NCBI GenBank assembly: GCA_950097015.1
Contig: CATNEN010000038.1
Span: forward strand, 19,840,001-19,904,000
Source: Macrostomum hystrix
Lineage: Eukaryota; Animalia; Platyhelminthes
Reading direction: 5' to 3'
Length of the DNA: 64,000 bases
Position numbers and translations under genes: made by a program
Shown: piece after piece, positions 50,101 to 60,600 of the stretch
Numbering within the stretch: position 1 is the stretch's first letter
Layout of the letters: every line of letters starts with the position of its first letter
The notes under the pieces: model-generated
The model's input: only the letters and a program-made list of their open reading frames with translations
The model's database searches: none
What the model was told of the DNA's origin: nothing

Positions 50101-52210
50101 GAGGACCTAGACTGCTCCAGAGTAGTCTAGGATTTTTCTAGACCGGACTAGCTAGTTGTAACTTTTATGCATACCAAAAATAAGACGCGACTAGCTAGGA
50201 CTGAGCTACCCTAGTTCTGTCTATGGTAGACTCGACTGGCTTCATGTTTCTGCATACCAAGTCCTAGTCTGGACTAGTTTTTCTAGACCGGACTACCATA
50301 GACTGAGCTTTCTGCATACGGGCCATTGGGTCTAAACTACGAGTAATAAACTAGTTTTCTGGGTCCTGATAAAAAACTTAGCTTAGATGTCAATGAATTG
50401 TACGTAAATCAGAAATTTCGCAAGTCAATTCAAAACAAACCTTCCAGCCGGCGGAGCTGGCAGCGTCGCTGCGACTGCCAAAGTACGGAATGTTCTTTAT
50501 CATCCAGTCGTAGATCTCGGAGAGGGTTAGGCGGCCCTGTACAATAAATAGAAAAAAAGAGAGGGGAAATATATCAGTAAAGCCAGCCCTGTAAAAAATT
50601 GGCTGCTTCTTCGGCGGGTTTTTTGTGCAAAAATAGGAGTGGAATCTACCAAAATCCCCCCTATCTTGCAAGAGTAAAAGAAACCACCCAGGAAGCAGCC
50701 GATGTGATCGTAAATTGTGCGGAAACCGCCAAAAAATCACCCGAACCAGTGGCCCATGGGACAACCAGATAATTATTTAGGGTCGATTCATCGGCGGTTT
50801 CTGAGCTTGGAATCTCACGAACTGGATGATCCTTTGGGTGATTCCAATTCGCCACCAAGAAGCACCGAGAAACCGCCCAGTTGGGTAGATTCCAAGCATG
50901 GAATCATCCGATTGGTCTGTTTCCAGCGTTCGGCTGTTTCTTTTTCTGGAAAAACCGCAGATTCAAACTGCAATCACCCAAAGAAACATCCCAATTTTTT
51001 GCGGGAGATAGGTCGACAGACATGCCAACTCGGGGAATTAAAGGTTTGAACTATAAAAAAGACAGGAAATCGGTTTTAACACTTAGATAGATTATCGGTC
51101 AAGAAGATAAGAACCTAGGAATAGGAGCTTCAGTAAGACAGCTCTAGAAATTTTATATACGGCAACGAAATAAAATTTTAATAGAAGTCTTCAAGCAGAC
51201 ACACAGACTGTCTTGAAGCAGACACACAGACAGTCTTCAAGCAGACACACAGACTGTCTTGAAGCAGACACACAGACAGTCTTCAAGCAGACATACAGAC
51301 TGTCTTCAAGCAGACACACAGACAGTCTTCAAGCAGACACACAGACTGTCTTGAAGCAGACACACAGACAGTCTTCAAGCAGACATACAGACTGTCTTCA
51401 AGCAGATACACAGATTGTCTTCAAGCAGATACACAGATTGTCTTCAAGCAGATACACAGATTGTCTTCAAGCAGATACAAAGACTGTCTTCAAGCAGACA
51501 CACTTGAAGAAGACACACACACAGTCTTTAAGCAAACAGACAGACTGTCTTCAAGCATATGCATATTTTCTTCGAGCAGACAGAAGTAGGAACAATGAAC
51601 TAACTGACGAAACGAATTGGGTAAAATCGCACAGATGATTCACCTGCGGATTAGATTCAATAGCCTGCGTAATGAGATCCGCGTAGCTCTGACTGCCCCA
51701 GGCGTTTCGCCGCTTTTGCTGCTGCTGCTGCTGTAAAGCATGTGGACTCAGGTTGGAAGGACTAAGGCCTGAAGCAGACAGCTGACTAGCTGGACTAGCC
51801 AAGCCGGGGCTAGCTGTGCTACCGGGACCGCTCGGAACAGACAGCAGGCACTCCTGACAGGAGGCCGGCGCCGGAGGCGGCGCGCCCGTTGCCATGCCAA
51901 CTGGGCCCATAGCAACGTCATCCTGAATGTCGGCTCCAGGGAATAGTGGCGACTGGCAGTTGACGTACAGGCCGGTGGGCCCACCCTGTCCGCCGGATGT
52001 CGGGCCTGGCAATTTATTTGGTCGCTTAAATGACGGATCCCATGTGGAGGCACGATTGCGAAACTGCTGTTGCTGCTGCTGGTGGTCCAATGGCACTAGG
52101 TCCAGTTCAAACAGTTGATCGAATTCAAAGTCCATGGAATCAGCTGCCGCTGCGGTTGCTGATGAATTGGCAACTTCAGTGCTTTCTTCAGGCAAATTGC
52201 ACGATTGCAT
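44053..52210 (-). CDS. foxo: Forkhead box O transcription factor, 3 coding exons, 529 aa
   Basis: Exons 52210-51644, 50536-50441, 44979-44053 (GT-AG, phase 0). The joined forkhead reads [82 protein letters not shown] and has the FoxO-specific insert. Akt-like sites RNRAST and RRRAVT; C-terminal [11 protein letters not shown] resembles the FoxO CR3 transactivation motif. Confidence 0.95.
45020..45292. repeat. Degenerate repeat with core GTCATCTGTCAT
   Basis: Recurrent core next to the FoxO exon 3 acceptor. Confidence 0.6.
45888..46195. repeat. Minisatellite, 20-bp unit GACTCAGGGGATCTTTCT(GA/AT)
   Basis: About 14 copies in FoxO intron 2. Confidence 0.95.
46900..47760. repeat. Minisatellite, 16-bp unit CTGTCCCATCTCTACC grading into TGTCTCATCTC variants
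   Basis: Near-perfect core 46951-47414 with degenerate edges; same family as 890-2345. Confidence 0.95.
48160..48858 (+). CDS. Harbinger-associated Myb/SANT-like (trihelix, NAIF1-like) DNA-binding protein, 232 aa
   Basis: ENILLDAL...IFSK...[16 protein letters not shown]...[12 protein letters not shown]...KKTGGGPP is the typical pattern. C-terminal coiled coil and a basic NLS-like PKRKKSP; lies inside the TIRs. Confidence 0.9.
   Translation: MSPANDYENILLDALQGHSTAIFSKGQTPSCRKRRANAWEDVTSRVNEQCNTSYSVDKVQKRWKNIVQRIKEKSAKKTGGGPPPKMSSNDLKALAIIGEDNPQLTPLSSGLSVGLTEKNNSRPSSPTGASADRRHQSMPQTSSNNLQSDNVVLEEPSRRSSGSEYIGCPQKKKAVDSNFAEKLVEFEHKKLKLKEEKLALEREKIDVLREIRDLLRHVSDNREPKRKKSPIY
49001..50053 (-). CDS. 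Harbinger/HARBI1-like DDE transposase, 350 aa
   Basis: Motifs RIFRDR...[63 protein letters not shown]; DDE residues present. Confidence 0.95.
   Translation of the reverse strand: MNILLAVDLVQQDLRRQRIFRDRLEPLQQFSEVEIKRLFRFVPRSLVALVELVETDLERATQRNKSLTPMLQLCLTLSYLGTGSFQQNLSALGGIDQSTMSRCYWKVVRAINVQLDNIHYPEPGVERTRVSTGFRQICQLPDVIGAMDCTHVRIQRPPNENFPDEFINRKNYHSINVQAVCDASYQFLEITAQWPSSVHDSRIFRNSFLFGSLLDAQWHGYLVGDSGYRLYDFLLTPYQNPEGRQRVFNRELSRARVRIEQTFGILKRRFNCIGSLLRVPLNRIPTIIVTCCKLHNFARIQNDPHDDLPEYLVQELDDQEPVHVNYNANQREQQKQTRGRQLRDQLSEAV
51187..51558. repeat. Minisatellite, 23-bp unit TCTTCAAGCAGACACACAGACTG
   Basis: About 15 copies in FoxO coding intron 1. Confidence 0.93.
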
Positions 52211-54044
52211 AGTAGAGTTGAATGGCTTAGTTATTATTGTTAGAACCAGCTAATAACTATCAAAACCTTTAAAAGGTTGGTATCTGTGATGCAAAATGTC
52301 AACTTATACAATTTTTGTTTGATCAAATCAATGCAGATACAAAATTTGCCAACTGTAAGTTGCAAATAATCTAAAGTTCAGAAGCACTCTATGTGCCTTT
52401 GTATGTGCTGAGCACAAACTCTGCTTGGAGACACTGGGATTAGAAATATGTGGTATAATCTTAGTCACTGGGCAGTTATTTAATTCACTGGGTTTTGCTG
52501 AAAAAAAGGATTGAACAAAAGTGCATTTTGTATTTGAATTTCAATACTAATTAGGAATTGGCTCTAAAAATGTGACAATTTCAGTTTTACTTTCTAAGAA
52601 AATTAATAAATGAGTAAAGCTAGTAAAGGTAAAACATAATCTTGAAACTTTAAATAAGCAAATTAATTATTATAAGTTATAACTAATAAGAAAAGTACAT
52701 CTTGCTAAATAAAAAATATTTTTCAATATAAATATAGCTAACAATATTTTAGGCCTATTTGTGCAAATATTTCCTGAAATTGCAATTTAAACAGAAGAAT
52801 AATTAAACAGCTATATCTAAGTGGCTATGCCTACATAGTTCCTTAGCTAGATTTATTGTTCCTTATAGTTCCTTAGGGACTTTTTTGCTGAATAAAAACT
52901 TTAACTGTTTATACGTTTTAGAGTAATTTCAGAAAAACACAATATTATGTTTTATTTATAAGCTAAGCCAAAAGAACATTATCATATAAATGATATGGTT
53001 TATATCAAATTAGACTTAGAAACCTGTTTAGGTTTCAGGCTTCACATTTTCTGATTTATAGAACTCATATTTAATATTTGTGCATTTACACTAAAACATG
53101 GAAATAATGACTAATGTACAAGTAAAATTAACTATAAAATGATCTAATAGGCCCATTATGTTTCTCAATGAAAATGGTCTTATTTGTTGCCAAAGCAGAG
53201 CCAAATGAGCAAAGATGTATCATGAGTGATAAAAACTAACGAAAAAAATAAAATATCTAGACATATCTAGTGTCATGAGCTTCAAATTTAATTTCTAGAG
53301 TGGAGACAACTAAAAGAACAAAAACAAAGATTTTATTAGCTAGTCTGATGTTGCTTTGTTATATAGGGCCTATAGTATATCTCATTGGTACATCCATTTA
53401 CCATCCATATGCCTTATCCATTTTCCAATCGAAATTGAATTTCTAAGATTAAATGAATATAGAAAATAAAATTGAATAGTCTGGTTACTTTTTTAATTTA
53501 TCTAAATTTCCTGCATTTTAGATGAATATGATAGACGTAAAGATAGGCCTGAGTATAGGACTAGTCATAACTAATAGTCATAGACCGATCTATTCTATAG
53601 AGTATACACTATAGCAGCATAGCTAGCTAGTTGCCTAGTTGAACTTGAACTTGAACTAGGCCTAGTTCTGTTCTAGATTTAAATAAAGAGTCTAAACTTG
53701 GTCAAAGTTATTTTTTAGCATTTTAATAACCTATGTATTTTATCTATCATGGAAAATATTCTAAAACTTACGTTGAATCGGAAAGTGTCAATTTAATCTT
53801 TAGTTGGCTAAAGAGTGAGGACGTTAAAGTATACGAAAAATTATCAGGGATTCGATTAGAAAATATAACTAGTTTAAATATTCTACAGAAATCTAAGGTA
53901 CTCTTTTATCTTCGAATTAATATATACCTAACGCTTATGCCTGGACTAAGGTTTTCTTAGTGTTTAGAAAAAAATTATTTAAGCATCTTTAACTTTTCGG
54001 TAGACGTGCGTTTCTGAGAATTTGTATATTGTTATACTTTTACG

Positions 54045-54280
54045 AGCGTATATGACGTTCCGGAAGTAACAAAGGTAAATCCTTATTCGTAAGCCAATCG
54101 TAAGCAGATCGTCGATAGATGAAGGAGGAAAGCCTCATGCTGGTTAATTGTTTTTGTCAATTGAAATCTGCAGCTCACGTTTGAGCACTACTAATAGATA
54201 GCAGCTGTCGTTCGTTTACACGCAGTCAACGTCTTGACGTAACACACGTAACACACGGCGAGGATCCTTATAAAGCTAAA
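54045..54280. promoter_or_regulatory. Possible promoter region between the divergent FoxO and coiled-coil genes
   Basis: Cluster of TGACGT (54054, 54235), ETS-like CCGGAAGT (54060), CCAAT (~54094) and TATAAA (~54268) where composition shifts from AT-rich to CpG-containing. Motif-level evidence only. Confidence 0.3.
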
Positions 54281-55774
54281 CGTTTCAAATAGACCGTTCA
54301 AGCTAATAAGGAGGCGGCACCTCCTTCTCGCTCTCGATCTGAAACTATATGGTTGGCTGCATGGACCATAGGCTGTGGCTGCATGTGGCTGTGTGGCCCC
54401 ACTACTACCCTTAAGCAGATAGGAAAAATTCCTTCAAGAAAACTTCTCGCAAACAAACGCCGTGCTCATCATGCCATCCCAGATCGACACATGTGCCACG
54501 AGTCGACATCGAGCTCTCGCAGCTAGCCTAAGAACAGTTTTTTAGGAATAATTAGCAGTTTTTTAATTAAAGTCGGCTCCGATGCTTCACCAGCTGTATC
54601 TTTCAGGGTTCGGAGAGCTATAGTGATTGTGACCCTATCCCATCCTCCGTATCCGTACGTCATCTGCTCCACAGTATAAAACGCTGCATGCATCGATATA
54701 TGGAGTCCAAACAGCAGGAAAGGTGAACCAAAAAACGAGAACTTTTGCAGCTTTGACCAGGGCCAGATGCGTGGGAGCTATACAGCCGTTAAGATTTTGC
54801 CAGACCGTCAGGCGTAAATGCAGTAACACTTGTATTTGCCATGAATGCAGCCTTCGCGAGGGCGCGGCTATTGAAAATATTGGGCTAAACCAAAACAATT
54901 TTTCTGGTCGAGCTCTGACGTTTGCAGGCCCGAGGGCATCGCGCTGCTTTTCACCAGTTTTCATCAGCGAAACCGGAACTAGCTGCTGTTGGTGTGGGGC
55001 ATTTTATATTATTCTCTGCTATATTGTTTTCTGCTGCTAAACACAGTTTTTGTCTGCTTAGGTTATATCACCACGGAGGGGATTTATATGTTTTGTGCCA
55101 CCTGGAGAGGAGCTAATTAGCTTATTGAAGGTACAGGTTACTTAAATTTGCTTAAAGAACTTATTGATTAGATTATTAGCGTAAATTTTACGTATTCAAT
55201 TTACGCAAAAATGGATTTAATAAAATGAAGGATATAATACAGATACAGAAATTCTGTGCTTCCTCGACGGAGGGGACGAAAATTGCTAGTAAAATAAAAA
55301 ACAACCGAAAAATGCTTTCAGCTAAGAAAAAATTATCTAAATAAATTATTTTGTTAAAATCTATTTGGTTCACACGCCCAATAGCTAGTTCTAGTTGTCT
55401 GTCGGAAAGGCGACGGAACAATAAGTACATATAAAATGACTGTACTCACCTCACTGGGTCAGAATGTACACATAGATGTGGAAAATAACACACGGCTCGG
55501 AAAGGCGGGTGAGAGAGGAATCTAAAAATAGAATGAACGTACAGACAACGTTTCTTGTTTCTGTCTGTCTTGTTTCTTGTATCTTAAAAATAAGTCAGCA
55601 CAAACCGCTTTTATAGGAAGGACTTGCACAGCCAATTATCGTCAATTAACAATCTTATTTGGTACCTTGTAGGCTTGTACAGCATATTCCTATAAAATTG
55701 CATCGAACTCAACAGCTATCTTGATAATTTGTCTAAATTAAAAGTTAGCTAGCTAGAGTTGAACTGCATCAAGC

Positions 55775-57565
55775 ATGGCATGTAGCACGATAGATAGCCA
55801 GCAGCAACAGCAGCAGCAGTTGAGTCAACCACCGAGCTTGCTTGGCGACGACGACTTCGAAGTAATCGATGGCGGCCAGTCAATCAGTCCCTACGATATG
55901 TCGCTTTTGCCATGGCCTCAGCCAGTTCAGCAGTTGCCGACGCAGCCGCAACCGCTTGACGATGTCGACGGAGATAGATGTCCGACTGCCACTGGTACAT
56001 GGAATCTCATTGTATATAAGCTAGCTTGTTATAATGTTAATATAGCTGATCAGCTATTAGTAATTTTCGAAATTATGAATAGTTTTCGATATCTCAAGTG
56101 TTATAAAAAATTAGTTTTTTTCCTAATTCTAATTTCGAAATCGGGGTTCGGGACTCGGTATTGAGTTCTCTTTAAGATTCGAGCTAAATTTCATTTTCCT
56201 AACCAATATCCCCAAGGTAACCAATCAGAGCCTCTACAGTCCAACCTGCATACTCGACTGGAAGAGGCAAAAAATCGTTTTGCTAGCTTACACAATGGGC
56301 TTACAGAAAATAACCTCATGCTGGAGAGAATGACCGGCAAGCTATCGACCCAGGCAACAACAAGCCCGACAAGCAACCCAGCAGGAAACTGTGAGGTAGC
56401 TTGCTAAATAAATCCCCATTCTATATTTCTGTTCCATACTTTTCCTATCACTCTGTTCCTATCACTCCAGAGCAATCAGCTGATCCCACACCTATCACTC
56501 CAGAGCAATCAGCTGATCCCACACCTATCACTCCAGAGCAATCAGCTGATCCCACACCTATCACTCCAGAGCAATCAGCTGATCACACACCTATCACTCC
56601 AGAGCAATCAGCTGATCCCACACCTATCACTCTAGAGCAATCAGCTGATCCCACACCTATCACTCTAGAGCAATCAGATGATTCCACACCTATCACTCTG
56701 GAGCAATCAGCTGATCCCACACCTATCACTCTAGAGCAATCAGCTGATCCCACACCTATCACTCTAGAGCAATCAGCTGATCCCACACCTATCACTCTAG
56801 AGCAATCAGCTGATCCCACACCTATCACTCCAGAGCAATCAGCTGATCCCACACCTATCACTCTAGAGCAATCAGCTGATCCCACACCTATCACTCTAGA
56901 GCAATCAGCTGATCCCACACCTATCACTCTAGAGCAATCAGCTGATCCCACACCTATCACTCTAGAGCAATCAGCTGATCCCACACCTATCACTCTAGAG
57001 CAATCAGCTGATCCCACACCTATCACTCTAGAGCAATCAGCTGATCCCACACCTATCACTCTAGAGCAATCAGCTGATCCCACACCTATCACTCTAGAGC
57101 AATCAGCTGATCCCACACCTATCACTCCAGAGCAATCAGCTGATCCCACACCTATCACTCTAGAGCAATCAGCTGATCCCACACCTATCACTCTAGAGCA
57201 ATCAGCTGATCCCACACCTATCACTCTAGAGCAATCAGCTGATCCCACACCTATCACTCTAGAGCAATCAGCTGATCCCACACCTATCACTCTAGAGCAA
57301 TCAGCTGATCCCACACCTATCACTCTAGAGCAATCAGCTGATCCCACACCTATCACTCTAGAGCAATCAGCTGATCCCATGCCTACCCCACGAATCCGCA
57401 GGACTGCCAGTCAGCGCGGCAGGAACTGTTGAATCTTCGCCTCCGTCAGGAAGAATGGCTGCAGACATTTGACGACTACGCGAAATTGAAAGGCCAGTAT
57501 GATTTGCTCACTAACACCCGGGAGAGGCTGCAGTCCGAGAGAGACGAGCTGGCCCAGAGACTACT

Positions 57566-57619
<54 letters not shown>

Positions 57620-60600
57620 ACCAAACGAATCAGCTGAAAATAAAACTTCCGTGGAGCAGTTAAAACTGAGAATAGACGAATTGGAGACTCTGAATAAAGG
57701 ATCGACTGAAAAGTGAGCATTGTGAAATTCCATTTTCCTGTTGTCCCTGTCTTTAATTCATTGCTTTTTCGGTAGCTACTGTACCCTGCCGTCTCATTTT
57801 ATGTCACTTATTCCGGTTTTACACTCGTCCATATTCTCGCGTGACTTCCAGATTGGCCATGTTAACCGAGGCAAATGCGTCACTGCAGCAGAAGCTTGCC
57901 TCTGCGGAAGAAAATGAGCAGTAAGACTTTAACCAAATGAGTTTTTGTTAAATTAAAACAATTCAAGCTTTTTTTCCATTTCGAAATGGCCTCTTTTAGT
58001 CAATCTAGCCAAGAAGCCAAGCAGCTGGCTCTGAAGGTCAAGGAGCTGAACGTGGCCGTCGAGCACGAACAGGCAAAACTGATGTAAGGCGCTGGGACTA
58101 AACCCGAACACCTGTCACACTACACCCGAACACCTATCACTCTACACCCGAATACCTGTCACTCTACACTCGAATACCTGTCACTCTACACCCTAATACC
58201 TGTCACTCTACACCCGAATACCTGTCACTCTACACCCGAATACATGTCACTGTCACTCTACACCCAAATACCTGTCACTCTACACCCAAATACCTGTCAC
58301 TCTACATCCGAACGCCTGTCACTCTACACCCGAACGCCTGTCACTCTACATCCGAACGCCTGTCACTCTACACCCGAATACCTGTCACTCTACACCCGAA
58401 TACCTGTCACTCTACACCCAAATACCTGTCACTCTACACCCGAACACCTGTCACTCTACACCCGAATACATGTCACTCTACATCCGAACACCTGTCACTC
58501 TACATCCGAACGCCTGTCACTCTACACCCGAATACCTGTCACTCTACACCCGAATACCTGTCACTCTACACCCAAATACCTGTCACTCTACACCCGAACA
58601 CCTGTCACTCTACACCCGAATACCTGTCACTCTACACCCGAACACCTGTCACTCTACACCCGAATACATGTCACTCTACACCCGAATACCTGTCACTCTA
58701 CACCCAAATACCTGTCACTCTACACCCGAACACCTGTCACTCTACACCCGAATACCTGTCACTCTACACCCGAACACCTGTCACTCTACACCCGAATACA
58801 TGTCACTCTACACCCGAACACCAGTCACTCTACACCCGAACACCTGTCACTACACCCGAATACCTGTCACTCTACACCCGAACACCTGTCACTCTACACC
58901 CGAATATCTGTCACTCTACACCCGAATACATGTCACTCTACACCCGAACACCAGTCACTCTACACCCGAACACCTGTCACTCTACACCCGAACACCAGTC
59001 ACTCTACACCCGAACACCTGTCACTCTACACCCAAACACCTGTCACTCTACACCCGAATACCTGTCACTCTATACCCAAACACCTGTCACTCTAAACCCG
59101 AATACCTGTCACTCTACACCCGAATACATGTCACTCTACACCCGAACACCTGTCACTCTACACTCGAATACCTGTCACTCTAGACTCTAATTCCTGTCAC
59201 TCTACACCCGAAAAACTGTCACTCTATACCCGAAAAACTTTCACTCTACACCCAAACACCTGTCACTCTACACCCAAACACCTGTCACTCTACACCCAAA
59301 CACCTGTCACTCTACACCCAAACACCTGTCACTCTACACCCAAACACCTGTCACTCTACACCCAAACACCTGTCACTCTACACTCGAACACCTGTCACTC
59401 TACACTCGAAACACTGTCGATCTACACTCTAAATCCTGTTACTCCTCTAAAATCCTAAAATCCAGCAATGCGGAGATTCAGTACGCGGATTCTCTGAACG
59501 ATCTTCGCAGAAGTTCCAATGTTCGCGAACTGGAGAGGCTGCGCCAGGAGCTCGAAAATCGTGATAAACTGTACGGCGAGAGTGACCAAGCTGTCAACGA
59601 CATACTCCGTGAGGCTGATGAGGCCAAAGCCGCCATTCAGGATGAAAATGTTCAGTTGAAGCGGAAACTTCAGGATGCTGAAGCCTTCCTGAAGGAGAAC
59701 TGCAGTCGAACTGAGTTTATCGCAGCAAATGAGTTGAAGCTGCGTGATCGCGTTGCTGAGCTGGAGCAAACGCTGGCTCGTCAAGTTGATCAACACCGTT
59801 TCGAGGTTCACACGCTGAAGGAGGAACTCAGGTAGGCTACTTTTAGAAGGGCCTATAGCAGGGGTCGGCAAACTCCGGCCCGCGGGCCAGATGCGGCCCT
59901 CGAAGCTCCCAAATCCGGCCCGTTGCCCCTTCTGACATCTGCAGTGTCCTGTTTCATCTCTCTCGTGTCTAATCTCTCCTGTGTCTAATCTCTCTCGTGT
60001 CTAATCTCTCCTGTGTCTAATCTCTCTCGTGTCTAATCTCTCCTGTGTCTAATCTCTCCCGTGTCTAATCTCTCCTGTGTCTAATCTCTCTCGTGTCTAA
60101 TCTCTCCTGTGTCTAATCTCTCTCGTGTCTAATCTCTCCCGTGTCTAATCTCTCCCGTGTCTAATCTCTCCCGTATCTAATCTCTCTCGTGTCTAATCTC
60201 TCCCGTGTCTCATCTCTCCAGTGTCTAATCTCTCCCGTGTCTAATCTCTCTCGTGTCTAATCTCTCCCGTGTCTAATTTCTCCCGTGTCTAATCTCTCCC
60301 GTGTCTAATCTCTCCCGTGTCTAATCTCTCCCGTGTCTAATCTCTCCCGTGTCTAATCTCTCCCGTGTCTAATCTCTCTCGCGTCTCATCTCTCCCGTAT
60401 CTAATCTCTCCCGTGTCTAATCTCTCCCGTGTCTAATCTCTCCCGTGTCTAATCTCTCCCGTGTCTAATCTCTCCCGTGTCTAATCTCTCCCGTGTCTAA
60501 TCTCTCCCGTGTCTAATCTCTCCCGTGTCTAATCTCTCCCGTGTCTAATCTCTCTCGTGTCTAATCTCTCCCGTGTCTCATCTCTCCCGTGTCTAATCTC

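Larger units (their letters stand above)
47871..50324. mobile_element. Complete autonomous-type PIF/Harbinger-related DNA transposon (2454 bp) in FoxO intron 2
   Basis: Perfect TIR GGCCCGTATGCAGAAAGC (47871-47888) / GCTTTCTGCATACGGGCC (50307-50324). Subterminal GTATGCA(G/T)AAA and CTAGTC/GACTAG repeats; two convergent uninterrupted ORFs (Myb/SANT and DDE transposase). Confidence 0.95.

Noticed and set aside
56401-57432. 343-aa PITLEQSADPT mucin-like ORF as a possible exon
   Set aside because: Out of frame with exon 3 at 57402, and read-through from exon 2 hits TAA immediately; it is an intronic 33-bp array.
59610-59640. Hammerhead-like CTGATGA-GGC-CAAA-GCC (also CTGATGA at ~25173 and CTGAAGA at ~20320)
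   Set aside because: Lacks GAAA directly after stem II and lies in coding sequence; the other two lack a paired stem II followed by GAAA.
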